In this document: positions 18,516 through 28,547 of the stretch, in pieces
Layout of the letters: every line of letters starts with the position of its first letter
Position numbering within the stretch: the stretch's first letter is position 1
From: Spirochaetales bacterium
Lineage (GTDB): Bacteria; Spirochaetota; Spirochaetia; JABEVK01
Assembly (NCBI GenBank): GCA_037142615.1
Contig: JBAXAI010000001.1
Location: 461,686 to 525,685 of the forward strand
Length of the DNA stretch: 64,000 nt
Direction of reading: 5' to 3'
The notes under the pieces: model-generated
Told to the model about the DNA's origin: nothing
Databases searched by the model: none
The model's input: the letters and a program-made list of their open reading frames with translations, nothing else
Made by a program: the position numbers and the translations under genes

Positions 18516-20221
18516 TGACAAAGCCACACGCCCCCCGGAGGATCAAGGTCCTCCGGGATGAGGTGGCCCGCAAGATCGCGGCCGGCGAGGTGATCGACCG
18601 GCCGCTTTCTGTTCTACGGGAACTGATTGACAACAGCTTGGATGCCGGTGCCACGCACCTCGACATCCGGCTGGTTTCCGGTGGCCTTCAAAGCCTTGAG
18701 GTCACCGACAACGGGTGCGGCATGACCCGCGAAGACCTTGAGCTCTGCTGGCTCCCGCACACCACTTCCAAGATAGAAAGTGAAGAGGATCTCAATACTC
18801 TGTCGAGCCTCGGCTTTCGCGGCGAAGCCTTGGCCAGCATTTCTGCCTGCAGCCGCGTCAGGATCCTCACGTCTACCGACGACACTGGCCTTGCCTGGGA
18901 GCTGAAGCTCGAAGAAGGTCAGCCACCCTCGCTCAAGAAGGCCTCGGGACCACGAGGAACCCGGGTCACCGTCGAAGATTTGTTTTACAACATTCCGGCA
19001 CGACGGAAGTTCCTCAAGTCATCGTCGGCCGAGCAGACGCTTTGTCGCCGCGTGGTGGAGGAAAAGGCCCTCGCCAGGCCGGATTGTGGCTTTTCACTGT
19101 GGCAAGAGGGAACGCAAAGGGCCTACTTCGCCCCAGGGCCCGAACTTCAGCGGGTCCAGAGTGTCCTTGGGGCACCTTGGGACGCGGCCGAGGTTCTGGT
19201 TTTTCAGGCCCAACGTCCAGGTTTGGCCGTGCACGGCTTTTCGCTCGCGCCGCCCCACTCGCGTTCCGACCGCAAGGGCATTCGAATCTATGCCAACGGT
19301 CGCCCTTTGCAGGAGTTTGCCTTGGTTCAGGCCGTCACGTACGCGTACGAAGGGTATTTGCCGGGCGGGGCGTGGCCCTTGGCCGTCGTTTTCGCCGAAG
19401 TGGATCCAGCGCTGGTCGACTTCAACATCCACCCCGCCAAGCGTGAGGCCCGCTTTCGCAATGCCGCCGATCTGCACCAGGCGTTGGTCGAGGGGGTTCG
19501 GGAGGCGCTCACAGCGACACAGTTAGCCTTTCCCCCGGCACAGAGAACCGAACAGCAGCCACTTGCCTTCGAACTGCCCCAAGTGGCCTCGCCGGCGTTG
19601 CGTGGAAGGGCCCAACTTCCGTCGGTAGACTTTTGGGATGCTGGCGGGAACGAACTTCGAGAGACTCCCGCGCTGGCCCCCGGATTCCGGTATCTGGGTC
19701 AGGTACTTGGCGTGTTTCTCGTTGCCGAGGTTGGCGACACGCTGTATTTGGTGGACCAACATGCGGCCCACGAACGTATTCTCTTCGATCGTTACCGGGC
19801 CCAGGGTGGCGAAGGACAGGCCCTCCTGTTCCCGCGGCGCTTCCTGCTCGAAGAAGACGCCGCCCGCGTGGTCGAACGTCAAATGGAAGACTGGTCATCG
19901 ATCGGCATCGGCATCCGGCAATTGTCGCCTCTGGAGTTTGAGCTTGTGCGCCTGCCGCAGTTGGTCGTCGGACGGGAACGGGAGCTCATCGAGTTCCTCG
20001 AACAAAGCCGCAAGCCCGTCGCCGACGTCGAAAAGGATTTCTACGCCAGCTTTTCGTGCCGTGCGGCCGTCATGGACGGCGACCCCCTGGATCCGCAGGC
20101 GGCCAGGGAGCTCCTGACGCAAGCGTTTGCGCTTGCGCATGCACGCTGCCCTCACGGCCGCCCGTTGTGGACCACGCTCACGCGGGACGAGCTTTTCACC
20201 CGTGTCGGGCGCCTCGTTTAG
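18515..20221 (+). CDS. mutL: DNA mismatch repair endonuclease MutL
   Basis: IAAGEVIDRP, ELIDNSLDAGA, GFRGEALASI, DQHAAHER, CPHGRP. Confidence 0.97.
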   Translation: MTKPHAPRRIKVLRDEVARKIAAGEVIDRPLSVLRELIDNSLDAGATHLDIRLVSGGLQSLEVTDNGCGMTREDLELCWLPHTTSKIESEEDLNTLSSLGFRGEALASISACSRVRILTSTDDTGLAWELKLEEGQPPSLKKASGPRGTRVTVEDLFYNIPARRKFLKSSSAEQTLCRRVVEEKALARPDCGFSLWQEGTQRAYFAPGPELQRVQSVLGAPWDAAEVLVFQAQRPGLAVHGFSLAPPHSRSDRKGIRIYANGRPLQEFALVQAVTYAYEGYLPGGAWPLAVVFAEVDPALVDFNIHPAKREARFRNAADLHQALVEGVREALTATQLAFPPAQRTEQQPLAFELPQVASPALRGRAQLPSVDFWDAGGNELRETPALAPGFRYLGQVLGVFLVAEVGDTLYLVDQHAAHERILFDRYRAQGGEGQALLFPRRFLLEEDAARVVERQMEDWSSIGIGIRQLSPLEFELVRLPQLVVGRERELIEFLEQSRKPVADVEKDFYASFSCRAAVMDGDPLDPQAARELLTQAFALAHARCPHGRPLWTTLTRDELFTRVGRLV

Positions 20222-20239
20222 GCGTGACGGGCTCAGTTC

Positions 20240-22204
20240 CTATTTGTTGACGATGGCCTCTATCTCTTTCCTGCGGGAATACGTCGGGTTTTTCGCCAGC
20301 AGATCGACGTAGATCTTCTTGCCGCCTTCTGTGTCACCCTGATCGTAGAGCAGGCCTCCCAAACGGTACGAAGCGTCCCAGTACGTGGGAGCAAGCTTCA
20401 CAAGATCCTGCAACACGACCTTGGCGAGGTCTTTCTGACTGGTCTCCAGATAGGCCAAGGCGAGGTTATAGCGGATATCGGGAGTGTCGCGCTTCAGTTG
20501 CAGCGCCTTGTTGAAGAAGTCGATGGCCTGGGTGTAGAGCTTCTTGACCAGGTAGAGTCGCCCCAGGTTGTTGTTCACCTTGAGGTTGTCTGGCGCCAGG
20601 TCCCAAGCTTTCTGCAGTTGTTCCATCGCACCGTCAGGGTTGTCCTTGGCTTCCATCAAGAGTGCGAGACTCACTCTCGGGTCGACGGACTTGGGGTCGA
20701 GGTTGATGGCGTTGCGATAGGCGGTCATCGCCAGGTCGGGGCTCTTGGCTTTTTCAAGCACCTGGCCGAGGTTGTAGGCGTAGTCGCTCTCGTTGGGGTT
20801 GAGCGCGATAGCCTTTTGAGCGTACTCCAGCGATGAAGTGACCTTGCCGAGCTGAAGTTGTGTTGTCGAAAGGTTGTAGTAGATATCGGCCCGCTTGCTG
20901 TCGAGCACCAACGCCTTGCTGAACTGGCCTTCGGCATCGGCGTACCGACCGGCGTTGTAGTACGCGCTGCCGAGATCGCTCAGCCAACTGGCTCTGGTCG
21001 GGTCGAGTTTGGCAGCGGTCTCGTAGCTTCGGATCGCCAGATCGTTCTTGCCCAAGTTGCTGTAGACTCGCGCAAGATTGTAGTTGATCAGGCCGGAGTC
21101 AGGCTTGAGTTTCACCGCTTGGCTAAACGCGTCGAGGGCATGCTTGTCGTCCTGAAGTTGCCCGTAGGCGCTCCCCAGTGCGTTGTAGGCCAAAGCATTT
21201 TGCGGGTCGAGTTTGATGTTGGACTGGAAGGCCTCGATCGCCTGCGGATACTGACGGTTGCTGTAGTAGGCCTTCCCCAATTCATACCAAACAGCCGAGT
21301 TGGCTGGATCGTTCTTGAGGGCATTGCGGTAGCTGTTCACGGCCTCGGGCCAGTTCTTGGCATCCTGGTAAATGTCGCCCTGGACGGAATATCCGGCAGC
21401 GTTTTTGGGGTTCTTGGCCAGCGCGCGCGACAGCGTTTCGAGGGCCGCCCTGCGCGTATCCGAGTCACCTTTCTTGTCACGGAACTGAGCCTCGGCGTCG
21501 CGCACCAGCGCGTCCGAGTTCTCGGGATCCTTGCCGATGAGTTCCTGGAACTTGGCCCTGGCCTGGGCGTACTGAGCCTGACCGAGGTACGACATTCCCT
21601 GGGTGAAAAGTTCTTGGTTGGCCTTCTGCTCGGCCGAGAGCTTTTCGGACTCGGCCTTCTGTTTGGCCAACCGATCGGCCTCGGCCTTTGCAGCCTGTTC
21701 GGCCTTCTTCTTTTCTTCCTCGGCAGCGGCGTTGGCTTGTTCGGCCGCTGCCGCGGCGGCTTTGGCCTTGGTCGCCTGCTTTTCAGCGGCGGTTTGCGTC
21801 TGTGCTGCGGTTTGGGTTTGTGCTGCGGTTTGGGTTTGGCTGGTCTCGAGTTTGGACGACAACTGGTTGAAGCTTTCCTTGAGCTTGTCGTTCGAGGCCT
21901 GCAGCGCGTTCAACTGGTCCTGTTTGTCGGTTTGTTCCTTGGCCTTCTTGGCGGCAACCACGCCCTGACGCAGAGCCTTCGCCTCGGAATCTTCCGAATT
22001 GGCGATCAGCAGGCTGTCGATGAGGTCGAGGGCCCTCTGAAACTCACCCTGATCACGGTAGTCTGCGGCGAGCTTGAGAATGTTGGCGTGCCTGTCACCG
22101 GCTGCTTGCTGGGCAGGGGGGTTGGTCATAAGGAAGGCGCCGCCCCCCACCGCCCCAAGCGTCAAAACCGAGCTCAGACCGATAACGATATTTTTGGTGC
22201 TCAT
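20240..22204 (-). CDS. Membrane-anchored multi-TPR protein (LMP1-like position next to mutL)
   Basis: N-terminal TM, coiled-coil Ala/Gln/Lys linker, about 12 TPR repeats. Confidence 0.88.
   Translation of the reverse strand: MSTKNIVIGLSSVLTLGAVGGGAFLMTNPPAQQAAGDRHANILKLAADYRDQGEFQRALDLIDSLLIANSEDSEAKALRQGVVAAKKAKEQTDKQDQLNALQASNDKLKESFNQLSSKLETSQTQTAAQTQTAAQTQTAAEKQATKAKAAAAAAEQANAAAEEEKKKAEQAAKAEADRLAKQKAESEKLSAEQKANQELFTQGMSYLGQAQYAQARAKFQELIGKDPENSDALVRDAEAQFRDKKGDSDTRRAALETLSRALAKNPKNAAGYSVQGDIYQDAKNWPEAVNSYRNALKNDPANSAVWYELGKAYYSNRQYPQAIEAFQSNIKLDPQNALAYNALGSAYGQLQDDKHALDAFSQAVKLKPDSGLINYNLARVYSNLGKNDLAIRSYETAAKLDPTRASWLSDLGSAYYNAGRYADAEGQFSKALVLDSKRADIYYNLSTTQLQLGKVTSSLEYAQKAIALNPNESDYAYNLGQVLEKAKSPDLAMTAYRNAINLDPKSVDPRVSLALLMEAKDNPDGAMEQLQKAWDLAPDNLKVNNNLGRLYLVKKLYTQAIDFFNKALQLKRDTPDIRYNLALAYLETSQKDLAKVVLQDLVKLAPTYWDASYRLGGLLYDQGDTEGGKKIYVDLLAKNPTYSRRKEIEAIVNK
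21785..21838 (-). repeat. 3 x 18-bp tandem repeat encoding QTQTAA
   Basis: TGCTGCGGTTTGGGTTTG twice plus one variant copy. Confidence 0.85.
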
Positions 22205-22220
22205 GGGATTCCTTCTGGGT

Positions 22221-23060
22221 TCAGGGTTCGAGGGCGAAGTCGCCGTCGTCCGACTTGACGCCGGCCGGACCGGTGGTCAGGGCCTTGGAGTCGGCTGTCG
22301 CCCCCGCCAATGTATCGCGGATTCTGGCGAGAATCTCGTCTTGTTTGGCTTGTTCCTCGGCCGCGACCCGGGCCGTTTCTTGGCGGACAGCTTCGGCCTG
22401 CTGTTCGGCAGCGGCGGCCGCGACAGCAATCTTTTGTTCCTCGGCTTGCTTTTGGAGTTGGGCCTTGGCCTCGACTGCTTTCTGAACTTCGGCCTCGCGG
22501 AGTTTTCGGGTCTGGTCGGCCAGTGCAGACGCTTTCGACTCCATGCTGGCGTTTTCCAGAAGAGCAATCAGCTGATCGATTTTGGCGCTCTGTGGGTTTC
22601 CAGGCACCAAGGTTTGGTACTGTTTGTAGTCGTCCACCGAACCATCAAGATTGCCCGCTTCGATGCGGGCATTGGCGCGATTGAGCAACGCATCGCTGAC
22701 TTCCGGTGACTCGGTGAGCAACGTCGTGTACGCTTCCTCGGCCCCGGCAAAGTCTTTGGCCTTGGCTTTTACGACGCCCAAATTGAACAACAGGGTTTGG
22801 CGGGACGATCCACCGAGGTCAGCTCCTGCGGCGAACGCCTTAGCCGCCTCTGAGTTCATGTCAAGCCGGGTATAGGTGAGGCCCAGTTCGAGGTACAGCT
22901 TTTCGGTGGGGTCGCCTTGAGCCAGCGCAGCCTCGAGAAAGGTAAGGGCCTTCTTGGGATTGTTGAGGCCCAGTTGCTTTTCACCTTCGGCCAGGAAGTC
23001 CACGGCCGCGAGCGCCGAGGAGACGAAAGACAGCAGAATCACGAGGAAGAACCGTCGCAC
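22221..23060 (-). CDS. Secreted TPR protein with C-terminal coiled coil
   Basis: GTG start VRRFFLVILLSFVSSALA signal peptide, TPR motifs. Confidence 0.8.
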   Translation of the reverse strand: MRRFFLVILLSFVSSALAAVDFLAEGEKQLGLNNPKKALTFLEAALAQGDPTEKLYLELGLTYTRLDMNSEAAKAFAAGADLGGSSRQTLLFNLGVVKAKAKDFAGAEEAYTTLLTESPEVSDALLNRANARIEAGNLDGSVDDYKQYQTLVPGNPQSAKIDQLIALLENASMESKASALADQTRKLREAEVQKAVEAKAQLQKQAEEQKIAVAAAAAEQQAEAVRQETARVAAEEQAKQDEILARIRDTLAGATADSKALTTGPAGVKSDDGDFALEP

Positions 23061-23068
23061 GGCGCGGT

Positions 23069-23097
23069 TTGACAAGCGTTTGCCGATACCATAGTCT
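23069..23097 (+). promoter_or_regulatory. sigma70 promoter (TTGACA-17-TAGTCT)
   Basis: Consensus -35 and TANNNT -10. Confidence 0.7.
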
Positions 23098-23112
23098 AGG
23101 GGTAGGTTTTCC

Positions 23113-24480
23113 ATGGATATTCTCATTGTTGTCCTTATCATTCTCGGCGTTGTCATCGGTTTCGTGATTTTTTTAGCCGTCAAATCGGCGTTGGCACCTA
23201 AGAAAATCTCGTCGCTAAGCGATTTGGTCAAGGCCGGAAAAACCGGGCCGGCCATCAAGATGGCCAAGGCCATCCTCCTCAAGGATCCCCGGAGCCCCGA
23301 GGCACACTACCTGTTGGGCGTGGCGTATCAGGAAGAGGCCAAGGCCGAACTGGCGCTGATGGAATACAAGACCGTCAACCAGTTGGGAATTTTTCAGGGC
23401 GAGCTCGAAGAGAAGGAGTTTCGGACCCGAATCGCCGACCTTTTCACCCGTTTTGGTCAGAGTGAGGAGGCCCTCAAGGAGTACATTCTTCTGGTCAAGC
23501 TCGACCCCGAGACCCCTGACAACTACTACCAGGCTGGAGTGCTTTTTGAGGATCGGGGAAAGCCCGACAACGCACTGAAGTATTACAAAAAGACCATCGA
23601 TCTGGATCCGCAGCACTCCAACGCCCACCTGAGGCTGGGAATGCTCTTTTTCCGGGCTAGCCGCCCTCTTGAGGCCCGGGAAGAACTGGATCTCGCGCTC
23701 AAATTGGCCCCGGACAACTACAACGCCTATTTCTACCTGGGGCGTATTCTGAAGGAGAGCCACGATCTCAACGGCGCTTTGGGAGCTTTTGAAAAAGCCA
23801 TAAAGGACCCGGAGCTCAAGGTAAAGGCTCTCGTGGAGCGCGGCAGTTGTTTCATGACGCAAAAGAACTACGACCGCGCTATCGTTGAACTCGAGCGCGC
23901 TGTCAAGCTCTCAAACGACGACGCCGACAAAGACACCCTGTATGCGCGGTACTTTCTGGCGCACTGCTATGAGAAGAACCGTCTGATCGACAAGGCCATC
24001 ACCGAGTGGGAGAAGATCTACTCGAAGAAGCCGACCTTCAAGGATGTGGCCGAAAAGCTGAGCGCCTATCAGGACCTCCGGGTCGACGATCACATCAAAG
24101 ACTACGTGACCAGCGCCAAGCCGCAGTTTCTAGCGCTGTGCCAGGCGATTGTTCAGGCCATGAGTCTGTCGGTGCAAAGCAGCACCGAGATGCCCAACGG
24201 CGTTGTCAAGATCATCTCGATCGAGAACGAGAACGACGAGAAGTTCCGTAACGTCAAGAAGATGCCCAAACTGATGCTGTTCTTCCGAACCAGTGCGAAC
24301 ATTGATGAAGCGCCGCTGCGGGAGGTGGTCGAGGAAATCCGAAAGCTCGGGGCCAGCAAGTGCTATGTGGTAACCAATACCGCCTTCACGCGGGCTGCCC
24401 AGGCTTTTGCCGAGACCCGACCCTACGAGCTGATCGGCAAGGACCAACTTCAGACCCTCCTCAAACGCGTGTCGCTTTGA
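23113..24480 (+). CDS. Membrane-anchored TPR protein with C-terminal Mrr-like restriction-endonuclease fold
   Basis: N-terminal TM, TPRs, VVTNTAFTRAAQAFAETRPYELIGKDQL Mrr_cat-like tail. Confidence 0.82.
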   Translation: MDILIVVLIILGVVIGFVIFLAVKSALAPKKISSLSDLVKAGKTGPAIKMAKAILLKDPRSPEAHYLLGVAYQEEAKAELALMEYKTVNQLGIFQGELEEKEFRTRIADLFTRFGQSEEALKEYILLVKLDPETPDNYYQAGVLFEDRGKPDNALKYYKKTIDLDPQHSNAHLRLGMLFFRASRPLEAREELDLALKLAPDNYNAYFYLGRILKESHDLNGALGAFEKAIKDPELKVKALVERGSCFMTQKNYDRAIVELERAVKLSNDDADKDTLYARYFLAHCYEKNRLIDKAITEWEKIYSKKPTFKDVAEKLSAYQDLRVDDHIKDYVTSAKPQFLALCQAIVQAMSLSVQSSTEMPNGVVKIISIENENDEKFRNVKKMPKLMLFFRTSANIDEAPLREVVEEIRKLGASKCYVVTNTAFTRAAQAFAETRPYELIGKDQLQTLLKRVSL

Positions 24481-24487
24481 GGCCGGC

Positions 24488-25159
24488 TTGAAGATCCTTT
24501 GTGTGGCCGACCACATCGATCCTCTGGTCTACAGCACGGCGATGAAGGCCCGCTTTTCACAAGTGGAGCTGGTGCTGGGTGCCGGCGATCTGCCTCTGGA
24601 ATATTACAGCTTCATTGTCAGCATGCTCAACGTTCCGTTGTTGTTCGTCTATGGAAACCACAATCTTTCGGGTCTTGACGCCTATCAGGGGCGCCACGTT
24701 GCGACCGACACCCGGGCGCTCGCAGACCAGTTCCAGCCCTCGAATGCGATCGGGGCAACCTTCTTGGAAGGCAGGCACTACAAGCACAAGAAGCTGCTGA
24801 TCGCGGGGCTTGGCGGTTCCATGAGGTACAATGACGGCGAGCACCAGTTCACGGAGTTCCAGATGATGGTACGGGTACTCGGGCTCGCTCCGCGACTTTG
24901 GTGGAACAAGCTCCGCCACGGGCGCTACCTCGACATCCTGCTGACCCATGCGCCCCCTCGGGGAATCCACGACAAAGCCGACAAGACCCACTGGGGCTTC
25001 AAGGCCTTTCTGACCTTCATGCGTTGGTTTGAGCCCAGGTATTTGATTCATGGTCACATCCACCTGTACGAACTGAATGAAGTCAGACGTACCGAGTACC
25101 GCAAGACGACCATTCTGAACTGCTACGACCACCTCGTTCTGGAGGTTGAACATGTATAG
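24488..25159 (+). CDS. Calcineurin-like metallophosphoesterase
   Basis: CVADH, GAGDL, YGNHN, LTHAPP, IHGHIH motifs. Confidence 0.9.
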   Translation: MKILCVADHIDPLVYSTAMKARFSQVELVLGAGDLPLEYYSFIVSMLNVPLLFVYGNHNLSGLDAYQGRHVATDTRALADQFQPSNAIGATFLEGRHYKHKKLLIAGLGGSMRYNDGEHQFTEFQMMVRVLGLAPRLWWNKLRHGRYLDILLTHAPPRGIHDKADKTHWGFKAFLTFMRWFEPRYLIHGHIHLYELNEVRRTEYRKTTILNCYDHLVLEVEHV

Positions 25160-26054
25160 CCAGAGCTCCGCCAAGATGCAGGCGCAATCGGATTTCAACA
25201 AGGCACGTTCCCGCGAGTTCTTTTCCCGGGTTCTTCACATCCTCAAGCCGCAACGCAACCGGTTGCTCAGCTTTACCGAAATCCGGTCGCTCCTACGACC
25301 CCAGGGAGAAATCTACCGGGGAATGCAAGTCGTTCCCATCGAAAAAATCATCGGCAGCGAAGGACGCTACCGGGACTTCAACGCCGCGTTTCTTCCCAAG
25401 AAGGAGCACGTGCGTTCGCGGTGGGAATCGATCGACAAGGCCCACCTGCAGGACATCATCCTACCGCCGATCAAGCTGTACAAAGTTGGGGACTATTTCT
25501 TTGTGCGGGATGGAAATCATCGTGTCTCGGTGGCACGCATGCAGGGGGTCTGGGCCATTGATGCCGAAGTGACCGAGCTCAAGACGCAGTATAAGCTCGA
25601 CGCTGGGAAGACCCAGGAAGAACTCGCCGCGCAGTTGATCGGTTACGAGCGCCAGAAGTTCATCGACCAGACCCACCTTGAACAGATCATTCCGATGGAA
25701 TACCTCGAGTTCAGCGACGCGGGTCGTTTCGACGAAATCCTGCAACACATTGAAGGGCACAAGTACTACCTGAACCAGAACATGGAAGGCGAGATGAACT
25801 TCAGCGACGCGGCCCTGTCGTGGTACTTCAACGTTTTCCTTCCCATCATTGAACAGATCAGCTATGACGGCGTGATCGGCCGGTTCCCGGGTCGTACCAA
25901 GGCCGACCTTTACATCTGGATCGTCAAATACTGGGACGAACTGAAACGGCGCTATGGGGAAAAGATCTCGCTCAAAGACGCGACACGTGACTTTTCGCAG
26001 GCCAAGGGAAAGAGTCTTTGGCAGCAACTCACCGCGCTATTCCAGAAGTCCTGA
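25152..26054 (+). CDS. ParB/Srx-like domain protein with DUF4032-like C-terminus
   Basis: LPPIKLYKVGDYFFVRDGNHRVSVA; IEGHKYYLN...W; GRTKADLYIWI; GGAGG RBS. Confidence 0.78.
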   Translation: MYSQSSAKMQAQSDFNKARSREFFSRVLHILKPQRNRLLSFTEIRSLLRPQGEIYRGMQVVPIEKIIGSEGRYRDFNAAFLPKKEHVRSRWESIDKAHLQDIILPPIKLYKVGDYFFVRDGNHRVSVARMQGVWAIDAEVTELKTQYKLDAGKTQEELAAQLIGYERQKFIDQTHLEQIIPMEYLEFSDAGRFDEILQHIEGHKYYLNQNMEGEMNFSDAALSWYFNVFLPIIEQISYDGVIGRFPGRTKADLYIWIVKYWDELKRRYGEKISLKDATRDFSQAKGKSLWQQLTALFQKS

Positions 26055-27149
26055 GGCATCAAGAAAGACCATGTCCTCCGGGCGCGCTATGACATCCTTG
26101 CGACCCAAAATCTGTGCCACCTGCAAGCTGTCTTTTCCCGCGAGCTGACGCAGCTCGTCTGAAGAGAACTTAGTGACGAGCTTGACTACCTCGTTCACCG
26201 TCACGACAGCACCTTTTTCGAACTCGCCGTCCACCTGGGTGACTCCGCGCGGCAAAAGGCTCTTGCGGTGGTACAGGGCTTCCAGTGCGCCCTCGTCGAC
26301 TGTGAGCTTGCCCTGAGGAAGGCTGTTGAGTATCCAGCGCAGACGGTTCTTCATGCGGGGCTTGGCCAGAAAAAGGGTGCCCAAAGGCTCTCCGGCCAGG
26401 ATACGGGACACGACGTCGGGCTCGCGTCCGTGCGCAAGAACGGTGGTGCATCCCCCCTTTTCGGCGACGAGGACGGCTCGGATCTTGGTACGCATGCCTC
26501 CCGTGCTGAAGGCCGAACCGGCCGCACCGGCCCCCTCCAAAATCTCAGGGGTGATCTTCTCGACGATATCGATCTTTCGGGCATCGGGGAACTTTCGTGG
26601 GTCCTTGTCGTAAAGCGCGTCGATGTCGCTGAGGATGACCAGCAGGTCTGCATCGACTTTGCTCGCCACCAGCGCCGAGAGCCGGTCGTTGTCGCCGAAA
26701 GCTTTGCTGATTTCGGCGATGCTAATGGTGTCATTTTCGTTGAACACGGGGATTGCACCTAGCCCCAGCAGGGTCTCGACGGTCGCCCGAAGGTTCAAGT
26801 AGCCTGTGCGGTCCGAAAGCACATCGTTGGTAAGGAGGACCTGGCCGACGGGGACCCCGTGCGAACCGAAGGCCCGCTTGTACTCGTTCATAAGCACAGG
26901 TTGACCGATGGCCGCGCAGGCTTGGCGCATGCGCACATCGGTGGGACGCTCCTTGAGGCCGAGTTCGCCCGCCCCCAAACCGATGGCACCCGAGGTGACC
27001 AGAAGAACCTGGCGGCCGCTGTGCTGAAGCGCCACCAACTGGTCGGCCATGCGTTCCACGTAGGCCCTGTCGATGCCCGCACCCGCTGAGAGCGTCGCGG
27101 TGCCGATCTTGATGACAACCCGCCGGACCTTGCTGAAGTCGCGGCTCAC
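26037..27149 (-). CDS. proB: Glutamate 5-kinase
   Basis: VVIKIGT, FNENDT, FGDNDRLSA, STGGMRTK, PUA domain. Confidence 0.97.
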   Translation of the reverse strand: MSRDFSKVRRVVIKIGTATLSAGAGIDRAYVERMADQLVALQHSGRQVLLVTSGAIGLGAGELGLKERPTDVRMRQACAAIGQPVLMNEYKRAFGSHGVPVGQVLLTNDVLSDRTGYLNLRATVETLLGLGAIPVFNENDTISIAEISKAFGDNDRLSALVASKVDADLLVILSDIDALYDKDPRKFPDARKIDIVEKITPEILEGAGAAGSAFSTGGMRTKIRAVLVAEKGGCTTVLAHGREPDVVSRILAGEPLGTLFLAKPRMKNRLRWILNSLPQGKLTVDEGALEALYHRKSLLPRGVTQVDGEFEKGAVVTVNEVVKLVTKFSSDELRQLAGKDSLQVAQILGRKDVIARPEDMVFLDASGLLE

Positions 27150-28468
27150 TTGCCAGCCTTACCAGCCAACAAGTCTTTATGGGTAAAGGCTTTGCCGCCC
27201 TCGCCTGCGTAAGGGTCGACGATGTGGCCGTTGCCGTAGAGCTTCCACTTGTAGGTGACCAGACCGTCGAGCCCCACCGGACCGCGGGCGTGAAGTTTGC
27301 TGGTGCTGACGCCTACCTCGGCGCCTAGTCCGTAGCGAAAACCATCCGCGAAGCGCGTGGAGCAGTTCCAGAACGCGTTGGCGGTGTCGACCGAGTTCAG
27401 GAAGGTTTCGGCGGTGGCACGGTTTTCGGTGATGATCCCGTCGGTGTGACGACTTCCATACATATTGATGTGGGCCACCGCCTCATCGAGGCTATCGACC
27501 ACTTTCACCGACAGGATGTAGTCGAGGTACTCGGTCTCCCAATCCTGCTCGAAAGCTTCTTTGGCAGAGGGGATGAGCTTTCGTGCAACAGGGTCGGCCC
27601 TCACCTCGACCTCCTTTTCATCGAAGGCCTGCTTGAGCGGTGGCAACAGGTAGGGAGCGATATCGCGATGCACCAGAACCGTTTCAACCGCGTTGCAAAC
27701 CGCGACGTACTGGGTCTTGGAATCGATGATGATCGAGATGGCCTTTTGCACCTGGGCAGCGCCGTCCACATACAGGTGGCACAGCCCATCGGCGTGCCCG
27801 AGCACCGGTATGGTGGTGTTCTTCATGATGTGCTGAACGAACTCGTTGCTCCCCCGGGGTATGATGAGATCGAGGCAATCATCGAGCTCGAGCAGCGCCT
27901 GCACATCGTCTCGAGTTTCAGCGAGATGGAACCAGCCTGAGGGGACACCAGCTGCAGCGCTGGCCGATAAAAGCAAATCCGCCAGGGCACGGTTGGTATG
28001 AAGGGCCTCGGCCCCGCCTTTGAGAATCACAGCGTTTCCGCTTTTGAGGGACAAGGCCACCATTTGCACCAGCGCGTCGGGACGGCTCTCGAAAATCATC
28101 GCGATCACGCCTAAGGGACAGGTGACCTGATACAGCTCAAGCCCTTTGTCGAGCTCTCGTGCGCTCAGGGTTCGACCGACTGGATCCGGCAAACGGGCTA
28201 CGCTCTCGACACCCTCAGCGGCCTGCGCAATCTTGACGCCCTGAAACTTGAGTCGCGACAACAGAGGGGTAGCCAAGCCAATCAGCTCCGCCGCCTCGAG
28301 GTCCTTTTGATTGGCAGCGGCCAACTCCAAAGCCCCTCGTCGCAGGGCGTCGGCCATCGCCTGAAGTGCCCGGTTCTTGGCCTCTGTGGTCATTGCGGTC
28401 AACTTCGGCGAAAGGGCCTTGAGGCGGCGGGCAATGGCCGGGATCGCAGTCGAAACAGGGGTACTCAT
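27146..28468 (-). CDS. proA: Gamma-glutamyl phosphate reductase
   Basis: IFESRPD, IIPRGS, CNAVET, STRFADG, KLHARGPVGL. Confidence 0.97.
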   Translation of the reverse strand: MSTPVSTAIPAIARRLKALSPKLTAMTTEAKNRALQAMADALRRGALELAAANQKDLEAAELIGLATPLLSRLKFQGVKIAQAAEGVESVARLPDPVGRTLSARELDKGLELYQVTCPLGVIAMIFESRPDALVQMVALSLKSGNAVILKGGAEALHTNRALADLLLSASAAAGVPSGWFHLAETRDDVQALLELDDCLDLIIPRGSNEFVQHIMKNTTIPVLGHADGLCHLYVDGAAQVQKAISIIIDSKTQYVAVCNAVETVLVHRDIAPYLLPPLKQAFDEKEVEVRADPVARKLIPSAKEAFEQDWETEYLDYILSVKVVDSLDEAVAHINMYGSRHTDGIITENRATAETFLNSVDTANAFWNCSTRFADGFRYGLGAEVGVSTSKLHARGPVGLDGLVTYKWKLYGNGHIVDPYAGEGGKAFTHKDLLAGKAGK

Positions 28469-28475
28469 ACGACCA

Positions 28476-28504
28476 AACCTACCATGGAACAGCGTCTCTT
28501 TCAA
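28476..28504 (-). promoter_or_regulatory. sigma70 promoter, leaderless proA (TTGAAA-17-TAGGTT-7-ATG)
   Basis: Read on minus strand; no SD. Confidence 0.6.
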
Positions 28505-28547
28505 AGGGGCTTGATTGTTCCCGCATTTTGATCATTGTTATAGCGTT

